Source: Candidatus Eiseniibacteriota bacterium (GTDB lineage Bacteria; Eisenbacteria; RBG-16-71-46). From it: 64,000 nucleotides of DNA. Positions 28,883 through 37,743 of this stretch are shown piece by piece. Location: NCBI GenBank assembly GCA_044223005.1, contig JBGAML010000018.1, forward strand, positions 41,512 through 105,511, read 5' to 3'. A program made the position numbers and the translations under genes. Below the pieces are notes generated by a model. It saw only the letters and a list, made by a program, of their open reading frames with translations, searched no databases and had not been told where the DNA came from. The stretch's first letter is position 1. The number at the start of each line of letters is the position of its first letter.

Positions 28883-30460
28883 TCACGAGGGTCGTGTGGT
28901 GAGCGCCCGCAGCGCGGCGGGCATGCGTTCGGCGACGTCGCCCGCCACCAGCCCGACGGGACCGATCTCCGCCGCGGCGCGGTCGCCCGCGACGCCGTGC
29001 GCGAAGACGCCGAGCCGCGCGGCGTCCCACGGCGCGAGTCCCTGCGCGAGCAGCGCCCCGATCACGCCCGTGAGCACGTCGCCCATGCCGGCCGTCGCCA
29101 TGCCCGGGTTGCCGGTGGGATTGAGGCTCGCCGCACCGTCGGCGCGCGCGACGATCGTGGGCGCGCCCTTGAGCACGAGCACGCAGCCCCAGCGCTTCGC
29201 CCACTCGATCGCGACGTCGACGCGGCGCGCCTCGATCGCTTCGGCGGTCTCGCCGGTCAGCCGCGCCATCTCGCCGACGTGCGGCGTCAGCACGCGCGGC
29301 GCCGGTGCCGCGCGCAGCGCCGCGGCGAGGTCCGCCTGCTCCGGCGCGAACGCGGCGAGCGCGTCGGCGTCGAGCACGAGCGGGCGATCCACGCGGGCGA
29401 CGAGCGTGCGCGCGAGCGCGAGCGCGTCGGCGTGCCGCGAGAAGCCCGGGCCGACCGCGACGGCGTGCGCGCGCGCGGCCTCGGCGAGCAGCGCGGGCGC
29501 CGCGGCCTCGGACAGCGTGCGCTCGGCGCTCTCGGCGCACGGCACCGGCATCGCCTCGAGCAGTTGCGCCGCGAGCACGTCCACGAGGCTCGCCGGCGCG
29601 GCGACGCGCACGTAGCCCGCGCCCGTGCGGCACGCGGCGCGCGCGGCGAGGATCGCGGCGCCGGCCATGCCCACGGCGCCGCCCACGACGAGCAGCCGGC
29701 CCGCGGTGCCCTTGTGCGCGCGGTGGTCGCGCGGGCGCAGCGCGCGGCCGAGCTCGAAGCCGTCCGCGACCTCGACGCCGGTCACGCCCGCGGCGGCCGC
29801 GGGCACGAGGCCGATGTCGACGAGCTCGAGCGCGCCGCAGTGCGCGCGGCCGGGAAAGAGCAGCTGGCCGCGCTTGAGCTCGGCGAACGTCACGGTGAGG
29901 TCCGCGGCGACCGCGCCGGGTGCGGCGGCGCCGTCGTCGGCGGAGACGCCGGTCGGCAGGTCCACCGCGACGACGCGCGTACCGCGCGCGCGCAGGCGGC
30001 GGAGCGCCTGGGACGCGGCCGCGATCGCGCCCTGCAGCGGGCCGCTGGCGCCGGTACCGAGCAGTGCGTCGAACGCCCAGTCCCAGCGGTCCGGGACGTC
30101 GGCGAGCGCCGCGATCGCGGCGGGATCCTCGACGAACTCCGCGCGCAGCCCCGCGCCCTCCAGCAGGCCGAGGTGCGCGAGCGCATCGCCGCGCACCTTC
30201 GCGCGCGGGGCGGCGACCACCACCCGCACGCGCGCGCCCGCCGCGTGCAGGTGGCGCGCGGCGACGTAGCCGTCGCCACCGTTGTTGCCCGGGCCGCAGA
30301 GCACGAGCGCGCGCAGCGCGAGCGGCGAGCCGAAGTGCTTCGCGGCACCGTGCGCGACGCCGCGGCCGGCGCGCTCCATGAGCTCCTCGCCGGGCACGTG
30401 GCCGCCGTCGATCGTCGCGCGGTCGAGCGCGCGCATCTCGGCGGCCGTCAACGCGAGCAC
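28883..30460 (-). CDS. nnr: Bifunctional NAD(P)H-hydrate epimerase/dehydratase
   Basis: LMERAG, GPGNNGGDG, DALLGTG, VDLPTG, HKG, DADAL, LTPHVGE, LKG, AGMGDVLTG. Confidence 0.93.
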   Translation of the reverse strand: MLALTAAEMRALDRATIDGGHVPGEELMERAGRGVAHGAAKHFGSPLALRALVLCGPGNNGGDGYVAARHLHAAGARVRVVVAAPRAKVRGDALAHLGLLEGAGLRAEFVEDPAAIAALADVPDRWDWAFDALLGTGASGPLQGAIAAASQALRRLRARGTRVVAVDLPTGVSADDGAAAPGAVAADLTVTFAELKRGQLLFPGRAHCGALELVDIGLVPAAAAGVTGVEVADGFELGRALRPRDHRAHKGTAGRLLVVGGAVGMAGAAILAARAACRTGAGYVRVAAPASLVDVLAAQLLEAMPVPCAESAERTLSEAAAPALLAEAARAHAVAVGPGFSRHADALALARTLVARVDRPLVLDADALAAFAPEQADLAAALRAAPAPRVLTPHVGEMARLTGETAEAIEARRVDVAIEWAKRWGCVLVLKGAPTIVARADGAASLNPTGNPGMATAGMGDVLTGVIGALLAQGLAPWDAARLGVFAHGVAGDRAAAEIGPVGLVAGDVAERMPAALRALTTRPS

Positions 30461-30476
30461 GGGTCCTCCGCGGGGT

Positions 30477-30815
30477 TCAGCGCCGGCGGCCGCGACCGCG
30501 TGCGTCCGAGCCCAGGTCGCGGACGAGGATGCGCTTGTATTCCGGATCGCGCTCCACGCGCGCGACCAGGTCCGGATCCGAGGACAGGAACGGCAGGTCG
30601 AAGAGTGCCGGCTCGGCTTCCTGCTCGGTGTAGATGCGCTCCTGCTCGTGCCGCTGGTGCTGGACGGCGCGCTCGATGTTGTCGAACGCCTTGCCCGGGT
30701 GGAACGTGCCGTTGAAGACGTCGAACACGTAGACGTGGATCTTCTCGTCCGCCTTCACGCCCTCCGGGGGCGCGTACACCTTGGCGCGAGCCGCGCGGAT
30801 CTTCCCTCCGGACAT
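30477..30815 (-). CDS. Hypothetical protein (112 aa)
   Basis: Codon usage typical of the window, AGGAGG RBS, start overlaps HAD stop; no family recognised. Confidence 0.75.
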   Translation of the reverse strand: MSGGKIRAARAKVYAPPEGVKADEKIHVYVFDVFNGTFHPGKAFDNIERAVQHQRHEQERIYTEQEAEPALFDLPFLSSDPDLVARVERDPEYKRILVRDLGSDARGRGRRR

Positions 30816-31552
30816 CAGCCCTCCTTTGCCGTCGCGCTTCCGCCGGAAGCGCCGTGGATGCGATCGACGATCGTGACCAGCTCCAGCAGGTCGTCGATAT
30901 CGTGATCGGCGCCCGAGACCTTCGTGTCGAAGGTGTCTCCGTAGCGCGCGAACACCGTGGTCATGCCCAGGCTCCTGCCGCCGACGACGTCGCGTTCCGC
31001 CCAGTCGCCGATCATCATCGCTTCGGCCGGCTCGACGCCGAGCCGCCGCAGCACTTCACGGAACGGCGCAGCGGCCGGCTTGCGCTCGCCCGTGTCGTCG
31101 AACGTGACGACCGCGTCGAACACGTGCTGCAGCCCGAGCGCGCAGAGGCGCATCCAGACCTGCAGCCGCGGGGCGTCCGAGACGACGCCCAGCTTGATGC
31201 CACGCTTCACCAGCTCCAGCAGCACGAGCTGTGCGTGCGGGTACAGCACCAGCTCCGACTCGCGCGCGCGCCGGTAGGCGACGATGCCCGACGCGAGGAT
31301 CTTCGGGTCCACTTCGCCGAACTCGCGCTGCAGAAGCTCGTCGAAGACGCGCTGGAACTCGAGCCCCTGCTCGCGGTAGATGGCATCCACGCGCTCGCGC
31401 ACCTGCGCCCGCGGGAGGCGGAAGCCGGCGTCGATCATGCCGTCGATGGCGGCGTTGATCGCGGCTTCCTTCATCTTCATGAAGTCCGTGAGCGTGTTGT
31501 CCAGGTCGAAGACGATCGCCCGGATCTTGCGCGTCGCGCTCGTTCCGCTCAC
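30815..31552 (-). CDS. HAD-superfamily hydrolase (subfamily IA)
   Basis: FDLDNTL, VSD, RKP, IGDWAERDV; GTG start overlaps upstream stop. Confidence 0.9.
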   Translation of the reverse strand: MSGTSATRKIRAIVFDLDNTLTDFMKMKEAAINAAIDGMIDAGFRLPRAQVRERVDAIYREQGLEFQRVFDELLQREFGEVDPKILASGIVAYRRARESELVLYPHAQLVLLELVKRGIKLGVVSDAPRLQVWMRLCALGLQHVFDAVVTFDDTGERKPAAAPFREVLRRLGVEPAEAMMIGDWAERDVVGGRSLGMTTVFARYGDTFDTKVSGADHDIDDLLELVTIVDRIHGASGGSATAKEG

Positions 31553-31737
31553 TTGGTCGAGGGCCCCACGGTCCGGCCCAGGCTGATCTCGCCGTTGTCG
31601 ATGCGCAGGTTGAACCCGCAACTCGGGTTGTTGCACACCCAGGCCTTGTAGGTGATCGGCGCACCGTCCCGACCGTAATCCGACAGCGGCAGCAACACGC
31701 CTTTACCGCACTTGGCGCACGCCGGATACGCTTCCAT
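31549..31737 (-). CDS. Small zinc-ribbon protein (62 aa)
   Basis: MEAYPACAKCG…WVCNNPSCG; GGAGG RBS; stop overlaps HAD start. Confidence 0.8.
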   Translation of the reverse strand: MEAYPACAKCGKGVLLPLSDYGRDGAPITYKAWVCNNPSCGFNLRIDNGEISLGRTVGPSTK

Positions 31738-32011
31738 CCCAATCCCCTCCCCGTGACGCGACCGCGGGGCGCGATCGCTCGACGCTATTCTCGCGAGCCG
31801 GCGCCGGAACTGTCCAGCGGATTTCCGGCGGCCGATTCCCCCTCCGGCGCATCCGCCGTCGCACCGGTTTTCGGCCGCGGACGGCGCCGCCTGCAGCACA
31901 CCCGGGAGCTTCGATCCGCGGGGGAGGAGATGACAAGCGGGCGTGATCTCTGGCCGGCGTTCCGGATTCGCGCTTGACCGGAACCGTGCCGCTGCACGAC
32001 AAATCGCGCGC

Positions 32012-33202
32012 ATGTCCCTTCCGATCGCCTTCTCGCCGCTCCGTCGCGGGGCCGCCCTCGCGGTGCTGGGGATCGCGTGCGCGCTCGTCGCCCTGTCCGC
32101 GGTTTCCGCCGGGGCGCAGGTGCTCAAGCCGTGGTCGCCCCCGGGTGACACGCTCTCGCCGCTCGCCCGTTCCGCCCGCCTGCGCTTCGAGCGCCAGCAG
32201 GGCGACTCGGTGACCGGCCCCAACTACGACGGCTACCAGATCGTCGGCGACCTCGGGCAGCGCCTGCTCGCGGCGCTCGGCCGCGCGCACTTCTCGCAGG
32301 CGAAGGCGGTCGAGGCGACGCTCGATTCGCTCGGCCTCGACGTGCAGGTGGCGACCGATCCCGACCTGCCGCACATCGTGTTCATGCTGGTCCGCAATCC
32401 CTTCCACCGCACGGGGCAGGCGGTCGGCTACTTCTACTGGGTGGCGAACAAGGACGTGCGCATGCAGGGCGTGACGTTCCCGCCCGCGCACGACGTCCGC
32501 CTGCGCGCGTGGAACACCGGCCGCGCCCAGACGCCCTATGCGGCGATGCTGCTCTACCAGCGCGAGGGCGAAAAGCCCGCGCTCGCGATGCGCCTCCTCC
32601 GCATGGATCCGAGCGCGCAGTTCTGGGACCTGGTCCAGTACGACGGCCACGGACCGGAGTTCGCTCCCGGTGCGCGCGCGAGCTTCGTGGACGTCAACAC
32701 CGACGGCGCGCCGGAGCTGGCCGTGTTCGAGCGCATGGATCCCGATTCGTTCCTCGTGATCCGCGCGGGCATGCCGCCGATCGTGCGCGAGTACCTCTAC
32801 ACCGAGCGCCCCGAGGGCTTCGTGCTCCACGACCTGCGCTCGGTGCCCGGTCCCATGGAGACGCTGCGGCTCTTCACGCTGTTGCTCGCCGACAAGCAGT
32901 ACGATCGCGCGCGCCGGCTGCTGGTGCGGCCCGCGTCGCTCGACACGCTGCTCCAGCTCGGCTGGGGCAAGCACACCGAGCGCGGCGCGTGGACGGTGGA
33001 GTACGGCGAACCGGAACAGCAGTGGCCCGAGTGGGTCGAGCTGCGCGTGCACGAGGACGCCGGGATCAAGCGCTGGATCGTGCACTTCTGGATCGAGGAC
33101 GGCCGCTGGGTGATCAAGAACTGGATCCCGGTGCAGCCCCGACGCAACCCGGTGCGGGTCGAGGTGCCGCCCGCCGACACCACCCGGACGGAGAAGCGAT
33201 GA
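32012..33202 (+). CDS. Exported hypothetical protein (paralog A)
   Basis: Signal peptide (…VSAGA|Q), DVNTDGAPEL FG-GAP-like loop; similar to downstream gene. Confidence 0.75.
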   Translation: MSLPIAFSPLRRGAALAVLGIACALVALSAVSAGAQVLKPWSPPGDTLSPLARSARLRFERQQGDSVTGPNYDGYQIVGDLGQRLLAALGRAHFSQAKAVEATLDSLGLDVQVATDPDLPHIVFMLVRNPFHRTGQAVGYFYWVANKDVRMQGVTFPPAHDVRLRAWNTGRAQTPYAAMLLYQREGEKPALAMRLLRMDPSAQFWDLVQYDGHGPEFAPGARASFVDVNTDGAPELAVFERMDPDSFLVIRAGMPPIVREYLYTERPEGFVLHDLRSVPGPMETLRLFTLLLADKQYDRARRLLVRPASLDTLLQLGWGKHTERGAWTVEYGEPEQQWPEWVELRVHEDAGIKRWIVHFWIEDGRWVIKNWIPVQPRRNPVRVEVPPADTTRTEKR

Positions 33203-34272
33203 CGCCCCCGCGCCGCGTTCCCACCCGCCTCGTCACGTTCGTCCTCGCCTGCGCCTGCGCGGCCGCGGGCTGCCAGCGCCGGCCGCACCTCGTGCCCGCC
33301 GGCGCCGACTCCACGCAGGCCGTGGCGGATTCGTTCACGGTCAGCGCGCGCGCCGCGACGGACCGCTGGGAGAGCGGCATGAACGAGGAAGCCGCGCCCT
33401 TCACGGCGCGCGCGCTGCGCGAGGTGCTGCAGGTGCGCCCGAACGCGCCGTGGGCGGACCGCATGCGCGGCGTGCTCGATTCGCTCGGCATCGCGGCCGA
33501 GGTCGCGGGCGACGAACGCGCGGCGGCGGCCAACCTGTTCTCGCGCGCCGAGCCCGAGGGCGACTCGTGGCCCTGGCTCTTCTGGCGCGAGAAGGACGGC
33601 GTGCACTTCCAGGCCGTCGAGGGCCACGGCATGCATCTCGAGCAGCTCGTCACGCGCGGCTTCGGCGCGGCGAGCCAGCCGTCCGACACCGCGCGCGCCG
33701 CGGGTCTGTTCGCGAAGCGCGTCGGCGGCGGCCGGCAGCCGGTGCTCGTGACGTGGAAGTACGCGCACGGCCGCTGGGACCTGGCGCAGACGCTGGGACC
33801 GGATTCGCTCGGTGGCACGGGCTCGGGCGAGTTCGTGCTCGTGGACAGCAGCCTCGCGCTCACCGTGCGCACCTACCGGCCGACGCCCTTCTTCGACGAG
33901 TGCGCGACCTGCCCGCACGTCTTCCACGAGCGCGAGTACCGCTGGACGCTCGCCGGGTTCAAGCTCGCGGACGACCAGACGGTGCCGTCGCCCTACACGA
34001 CGTTCACGTCGTTCATCGCGGCGCTGGTCGCCGACGATCGCGACCGGGCCAGCGGCCTCGTCACCGACCACTCGCTCGTGGACTTCGCGCGCCGCTTCGC
34101 CTGGCAGGACGCCGGCCGTGGCCGCTGGCGCATCGCGCCCTCGAGCGACGAGGGCGGCATGGAACTGGTGTTCCTGCGCGGCGCCACGGACGCCTACCGC
34201 GTGCGCTTCGAGCCGCGCGACGGCGACTGGGTGATCGCGGGCTTCGAGCCCACCACGCGCGCGCTGGAATAG
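33199..34272 (+). CDS. Hypothetical lipoprotein (paralog B)
   Basis: Lipobox AAG|C, CATC motif, ATGA overlap with upstream gene. Confidence 0.75.
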   Translation: MTPPRRVPTRLVTFVLACACAAAGCQRRPHLVPAGADSTQAVADSFTVSARAATDRWESGMNEEAAPFTARALREVLQVRPNAPWADRMRGVLDSLGIAAEVAGDERAAAANLFSRAEPEGDSWPWLFWREKDGVHFQAVEGHGMHLEQLVTRGFGAASQPSDTARAAGLFAKRVGGGRQPVLVTWKYAHGRWDLAQTLGPDSLGGTGSGEFVLVDSSLALTVRTYRPTPFFDECATCPHVFHEREYRWTLAGFKLADDQTVPSPYTTFTSFIAALVADDRDRASGLVTDHSLVDFARRFAWQDAGRGRWRIAPSSDEGGMELVFLRGATDAYRVRFEPRDGDWVIAGFEPTTRALE

Positions 34273-34309
34273 CGGTTCCCGCGCCGCGCGCGGCGCCCCG
34301 GATCGGGTG

Positions 34310-34354
34310 TGGACTCCGGCCGCCTGCCCGGGCATACTGCCCATCCGTGCAGTA
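34310..34354 (+). promoter_or_regulatory. Putative promoter with overlapping palindromic operator
   Basis: TGGACT-N17-CATACT; TACTGC-N8-GCAGTA (34335-34354) overlaps the -10 element. Confidence 0.5.
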
Positions 34355-34433
34355 GCCCGCCGCGGCCCGACCCGCGGCACCCCGAACTCACCCTGGCCCG
34401 CCGCGTCACGCCCGGCGATCCGGAGCGCTCCGC

Positions 34434-36845
34434 ATGCAGGTGACTCCCGCCCGCTTCCTCGCCCCCGACGACACGCCGCCGCGCTCGCTCGCGCACTGGC
34501 TCGCCGCGTTCGCGAACCGCCCCGAGAACCGCGGCGCGCTCGTCCACTGGCAGACGCTCCCCGCGCGGCCCGCGCGCCACGGTGAGCTGCTGCCCGAGCT
34601 GCCGCGCGCGCTGGTGACCGCGCTCGGCGCGCGCGGCATCGAGCGGCTCTACACGCACCAGGTGCGCGCCGTGGAATCGCTGCGCGCCGGGCACGACACG
34701 GTGATCGTCACCGGCACCGCGAGCGGCAAGAGCCTCTGCTTCCACGTGCCCGTGCTCGAGCGGCTGCTCGAGGAACCGGACGCGACCGCGCTCTACCTGT
34801 TCCCGACCAAGGCGCTCGCGCAGGACCAGCTCAAGAGCGTCACGCGCCTCGCGGCCGGCGATCTCGAACTCGCGGGCGTGCTGCACGCGGGTGTGTACGA
34901 CGGCGATACGGCGACGGGCACGCGGCGCAAGCTGCGCGAGCAGGCGAACCTGATCCTCTCGAACCCCGACATGCTGCACGCGGGGATCCTGCCGCAGCAC
35001 CCCAAGTGGGCGCGCTTCCTGCGTTCGCTGCGCTACGTGGTGATCGACGAGATGCACGCGTACCGCGGCATCTTCGGCAGTCACGTCGCCAACGTGCTGC
35101 GCCGGCTCGAGCGGCTCGTGCGCCACTACGGCGGCGACTTCCGCTACGTGCTCTGCAGCGCCACGATCCGCAATCCGGGCCCGCTCGCCGCGGCGCTCAC
35201 GGGGCGGGAGGTCGAGGTCGTCGACGACGACGGCGCGCCGCGCGGCGAGAAGCACTTCGTGTTCTGGAACCCGCCGTGGCGCGACGACACGCGCGTCGAA
35301 CGGCGCTCGTCCAACGTCGAGGGCTGCCAGCTGCTCGCGGGGCTGATCGAGGAGGGCGCGCAGGCGATCGCGTTCACCAAGTCGCGCGTCTCGGCCGAGC
35401 TCGTCTACCGCTACACGCGCGAACAGCTCGAACGCGCGCGGCCGCGGCGCGGCGCGGTGCCCGCGGACCTCGCGGGCGCGCCGCTGCACGAGCGGCTCAA
35501 GCCCTATCGCGGCGGCTACCTGCCCGAGGAGCGGCGCGCGATCGAGCAGGCGCTGTTCTCGGGCGAGCTGCGCGGCGTCGTCTCCACCAACGCGCTCGAG
35601 CTGGGGATCGACGTCGGCGGGCTCGACGCCGCGGTGCTGATCGGCGCGGCGCCGACGCTCGCGAGCATCTGGCAGCAGGCCGGGCGCGCCGGGCGGAGCG
35701 GCACGCCGAGCGTGGTGATCCTGGTGGCGTACAACGACACCGTGGACCAGTACCTCATGCGCCGGCCCGGCTACTTCTTCGACCGCTCGCCGGAGGCCGC
35801 GTGCGTGGACCCGCACAACCCCTACATCCTCGCGCAGCAGCTCGCGTGCGCCGCCTACGAGCTGCCGATCGCGCCCGAGGACGCGGAGGCGTTCGGGCCG
35901 CAGGTGTCCGACGTGCTCGCCGCGCTCGAGGAAGCGGGGGAGACGCGCACGATCGACGAGCGCGCCTACTGGGCGAAGAGCGACTTCCCAGGCGCGAAGG
36001 TGTCCCTGCGCACCATGGGCGACAACACGTTCACGATCCAGGACGCGCACCGCAATCACGCCGTGATCGGCACCGTGGACGCGATCAGCGGCCTCGAACT
36101 GGTCTACCCCGAGGCGATCTACCTGCACGAGGGCGAGAGCTACTTCGTGAAATCGCTCGACCTCGAGCAGAAGATCGCGACCGTCGAGCCGCGCGAGGTG
36201 GACTACTACACGCAGCCCGTGCTCGACACGAACATCCGCGTGCGCGGCGAGCTGCACGCGCGCGACTGGGCGGGCGAGCGGACGAGCTTCGGCGAGGTCA
36301 CGTACTCGTGGCAGGTGATCGCCATGAAGAAGATCCGCTACCGCTCGCTGGACGCGATCGGCTACCACCCGCTCGAACTGCCGCGGCTCACGCTCGACAC
36401 CGCCGGCTTCTGGCTCGCGCCGCGCGAGGAGACGTGGCGGGCGCTCGCGGTGGCGGGCCACAACCCGTGGGAGGCGCTCTCGGGCGTGCGCAACCTGTTC
36501 GTCACATTGTTGCCGCTCATGGCGATGTGCGACCCGTCCGACCTGGGTGGCATGATCGACTCGTCGAACCTCGGCCGGCCGGGGATCTTCCTCTTCGATC
36601 GCTATCCCGGCGGCCTCGGCTTCGCCGAGCAGGGCTGGGCGCGCCTGGACGAACTGGCCGCCGCGGCGCTCTCGCACCTCGTCGGCTGCCCGTGCGGCGA
36701 CGGCTGCCCCGCGTGCGTGGGCACGCCCATCTACCGGCCCGCGCAGCAGCAGGACCTCGACGCGATGAAGCACGCGCGCGAGATCCCGGGCAAGGCGGCG
36801 ACGCGGTGGCTGCTGGAACGCTGGACGGGAGAGGCCGGGCGGTGA
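34434..36845 (+). CDS. DEAD/DEAH-box helicase with DUF1998 (MrfA/YprA/Hrq1-like)
   Basis: LYTHQ, TGTASGKS, PTKALAQDQ, DEMH, SAT, LELGIDVG, QQAGRAGR, C-terminal MCD…CPCGDGCPAC. Confidence 0.92.
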   Translation: MQVTPARFLAPDDTPPRSLAHWLAAFANRPENRGALVHWQTLPARPARHGELLPELPRALVTALGARGIERLYTHQVRAVESLRAGHDTVIVTGTASGKSLCFHVPVLERLLEEPDATALYLFPTKALAQDQLKSVTRLAAGDLELAGVLHAGVYDGDTATGTRRKLREQANLILSNPDMLHAGILPQHPKWARFLRSLRYVVIDEMHAYRGIFGSHVANVLRRLERLVRHYGGDFRYVLCSATIRNPGPLAAALTGREVEVVDDDGAPRGEKHFVFWNPPWRDDTRVERRSSNVEGCQLLAGLIEEGAQAIAFTKSRVSAELVYRYTREQLERARPRRGAVPADLAGAPLHERLKPYRGGYLPEERRAIEQALFSGELRGVVSTNALELGIDVGGLDAAVLIGAAPTLASIWQQAGRAGRSGTPSVVILVAYNDTVDQYLMRRPGYFFDRSPEAACVDPHNPYILAQQLACAAYELPIAPEDAEAFGPQVSDVLAALEEAGETRTIDERAYWAKSDFPGAKVSLRTMGDNTFTIQDAHRNHAVIGTVDAISGLELVYPEAIYLHEGESYFVKSLDLEQKIATVEPREVDYYTQPVLDTNIRVRGELHARDWAGERTSFGEVTYSWQVIAMKKIRYRSLDAIGYHPLELPRLTLDTAGFWLAPREETWRALAVAGHNPWEALSGVRNLFVTLLPLMAMCDPSDLGGMIDSSNLGRPGIFLFDRYPGGLGFAEQGWARLDELAAAALSHLVGCPCGDGCPACVGTPIYRPAQQQDLDAMKHAREIPGKAATRWLLERWTGEAGR

Positions 36846-36984
36846 GCACCCGGCCGGGCGTGCCGGCGGCCGCTCCGGGCGGGCGGTGCCGAAACCGGGA
36901 AAGTTCCCTAGACTGTCCGGCCTCGCGCGCGCGCCGGCGTTCCGCCATGGCCGCCGCGCCCTCCCGAACGATCCGAGGAAAGGC

Positions 36985-37743
36985 ATGACCACCGAGCACG
37001 ATTGGCCCGTCGCGTTCTTCGACGACGACTACCTCCGCATCTACCGCCCCACGTTCACGCCCGAGCGCACGACCGCCGAGGTGGACTTCATCCAGGACTC
37101 GCTTGCGCTCCCGAGCGGCGCCGCCGTTCTCGACCTCGCCTGCGGCGTCGGCCGCCACGCGATCGGCATGGCCGGCCGCGGCTACCGCGTGACGGGTGTC
37201 GACTTCAACGCGCAGTACCTCGCGATCGGCGCCGCCGAGGCGAAGACCGCGGGCGTCGACGTGACGTGGGCCGCGGGCGACATGCGCGCCCTGGCGTTCG
37301 ACGGCACGTTCGACGGCGCGTACTCCTACTTCACGTCGTTCGGCTACTACGACGACGAGGACAACGAGAAGGTGCTCGCCGGCATCGCGCGCGCGCTCAA
37401 GCCGGGCGGCCGCTTCCTCGTGGACGTCGTGAACCGCGACCACATCCTCGTGCACCCGAACCTGCGCACGTGGGCGCAGCGCGAGGACGGCGCACTGTTC
37501 ATGGAGGAAGTGACGATCGACCTTCCGGGCTCGCGGGTCGTGAGCCGGCAGCAGCTGATCGACCCGAAGGGCGGGCCGCAGGTCTCGAAGGAGTACTCGC
37601 TGCGCGCGTACACGTGCGCGGAGCTGACGTCGCTGCTGCGGCGACACGGGCTGGTCGTGCGCGAGACGTGGGGCGGACCCGCGCGCGAGCCCTACGGCAC
37701 CGAGAGCCGGCGGCTCGTGCTGGTGAGCGAGCGGCGCGCATGA
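36985..37743 (+). CDS. Class I SAM-dependent methyltransferase
   Basis: VLDLACGVGRH, TGVD, GDMR, FTSFGY, LKPGGRF. Confidence 0.9.
   Translation: MTTEHDWPVAFFDDDYLRIYRPTFTPERTTAEVDFIQDSLALPSGAAVLDLACGVGRHAIGMAGRGYRVTGVDFNAQYLAIGAAEAKTAGVDVTWAAGDMRALAFDGTFDGAYSYFTSFGYYDDEDNEKVLAGIARALKPGGRFLVDVVNRDHILVHPNLRTWAQREDGALFMEEVTIDLPGSRVVSRQQLIDPKGGPQVSKEYSLRAYTCAELTSLLRRHGLVVRETWGGPAREPYGTESRRLVLVSERRA

Noticed and set aside
34194..36992. 932-aa minus-strand ORF and similar long overlapping ORFs (20944-23628, 48568-51105, 50868-53780, 53971-56589)
   Set aside because: All lie opposite well-supported genes and have low-complexity translations.
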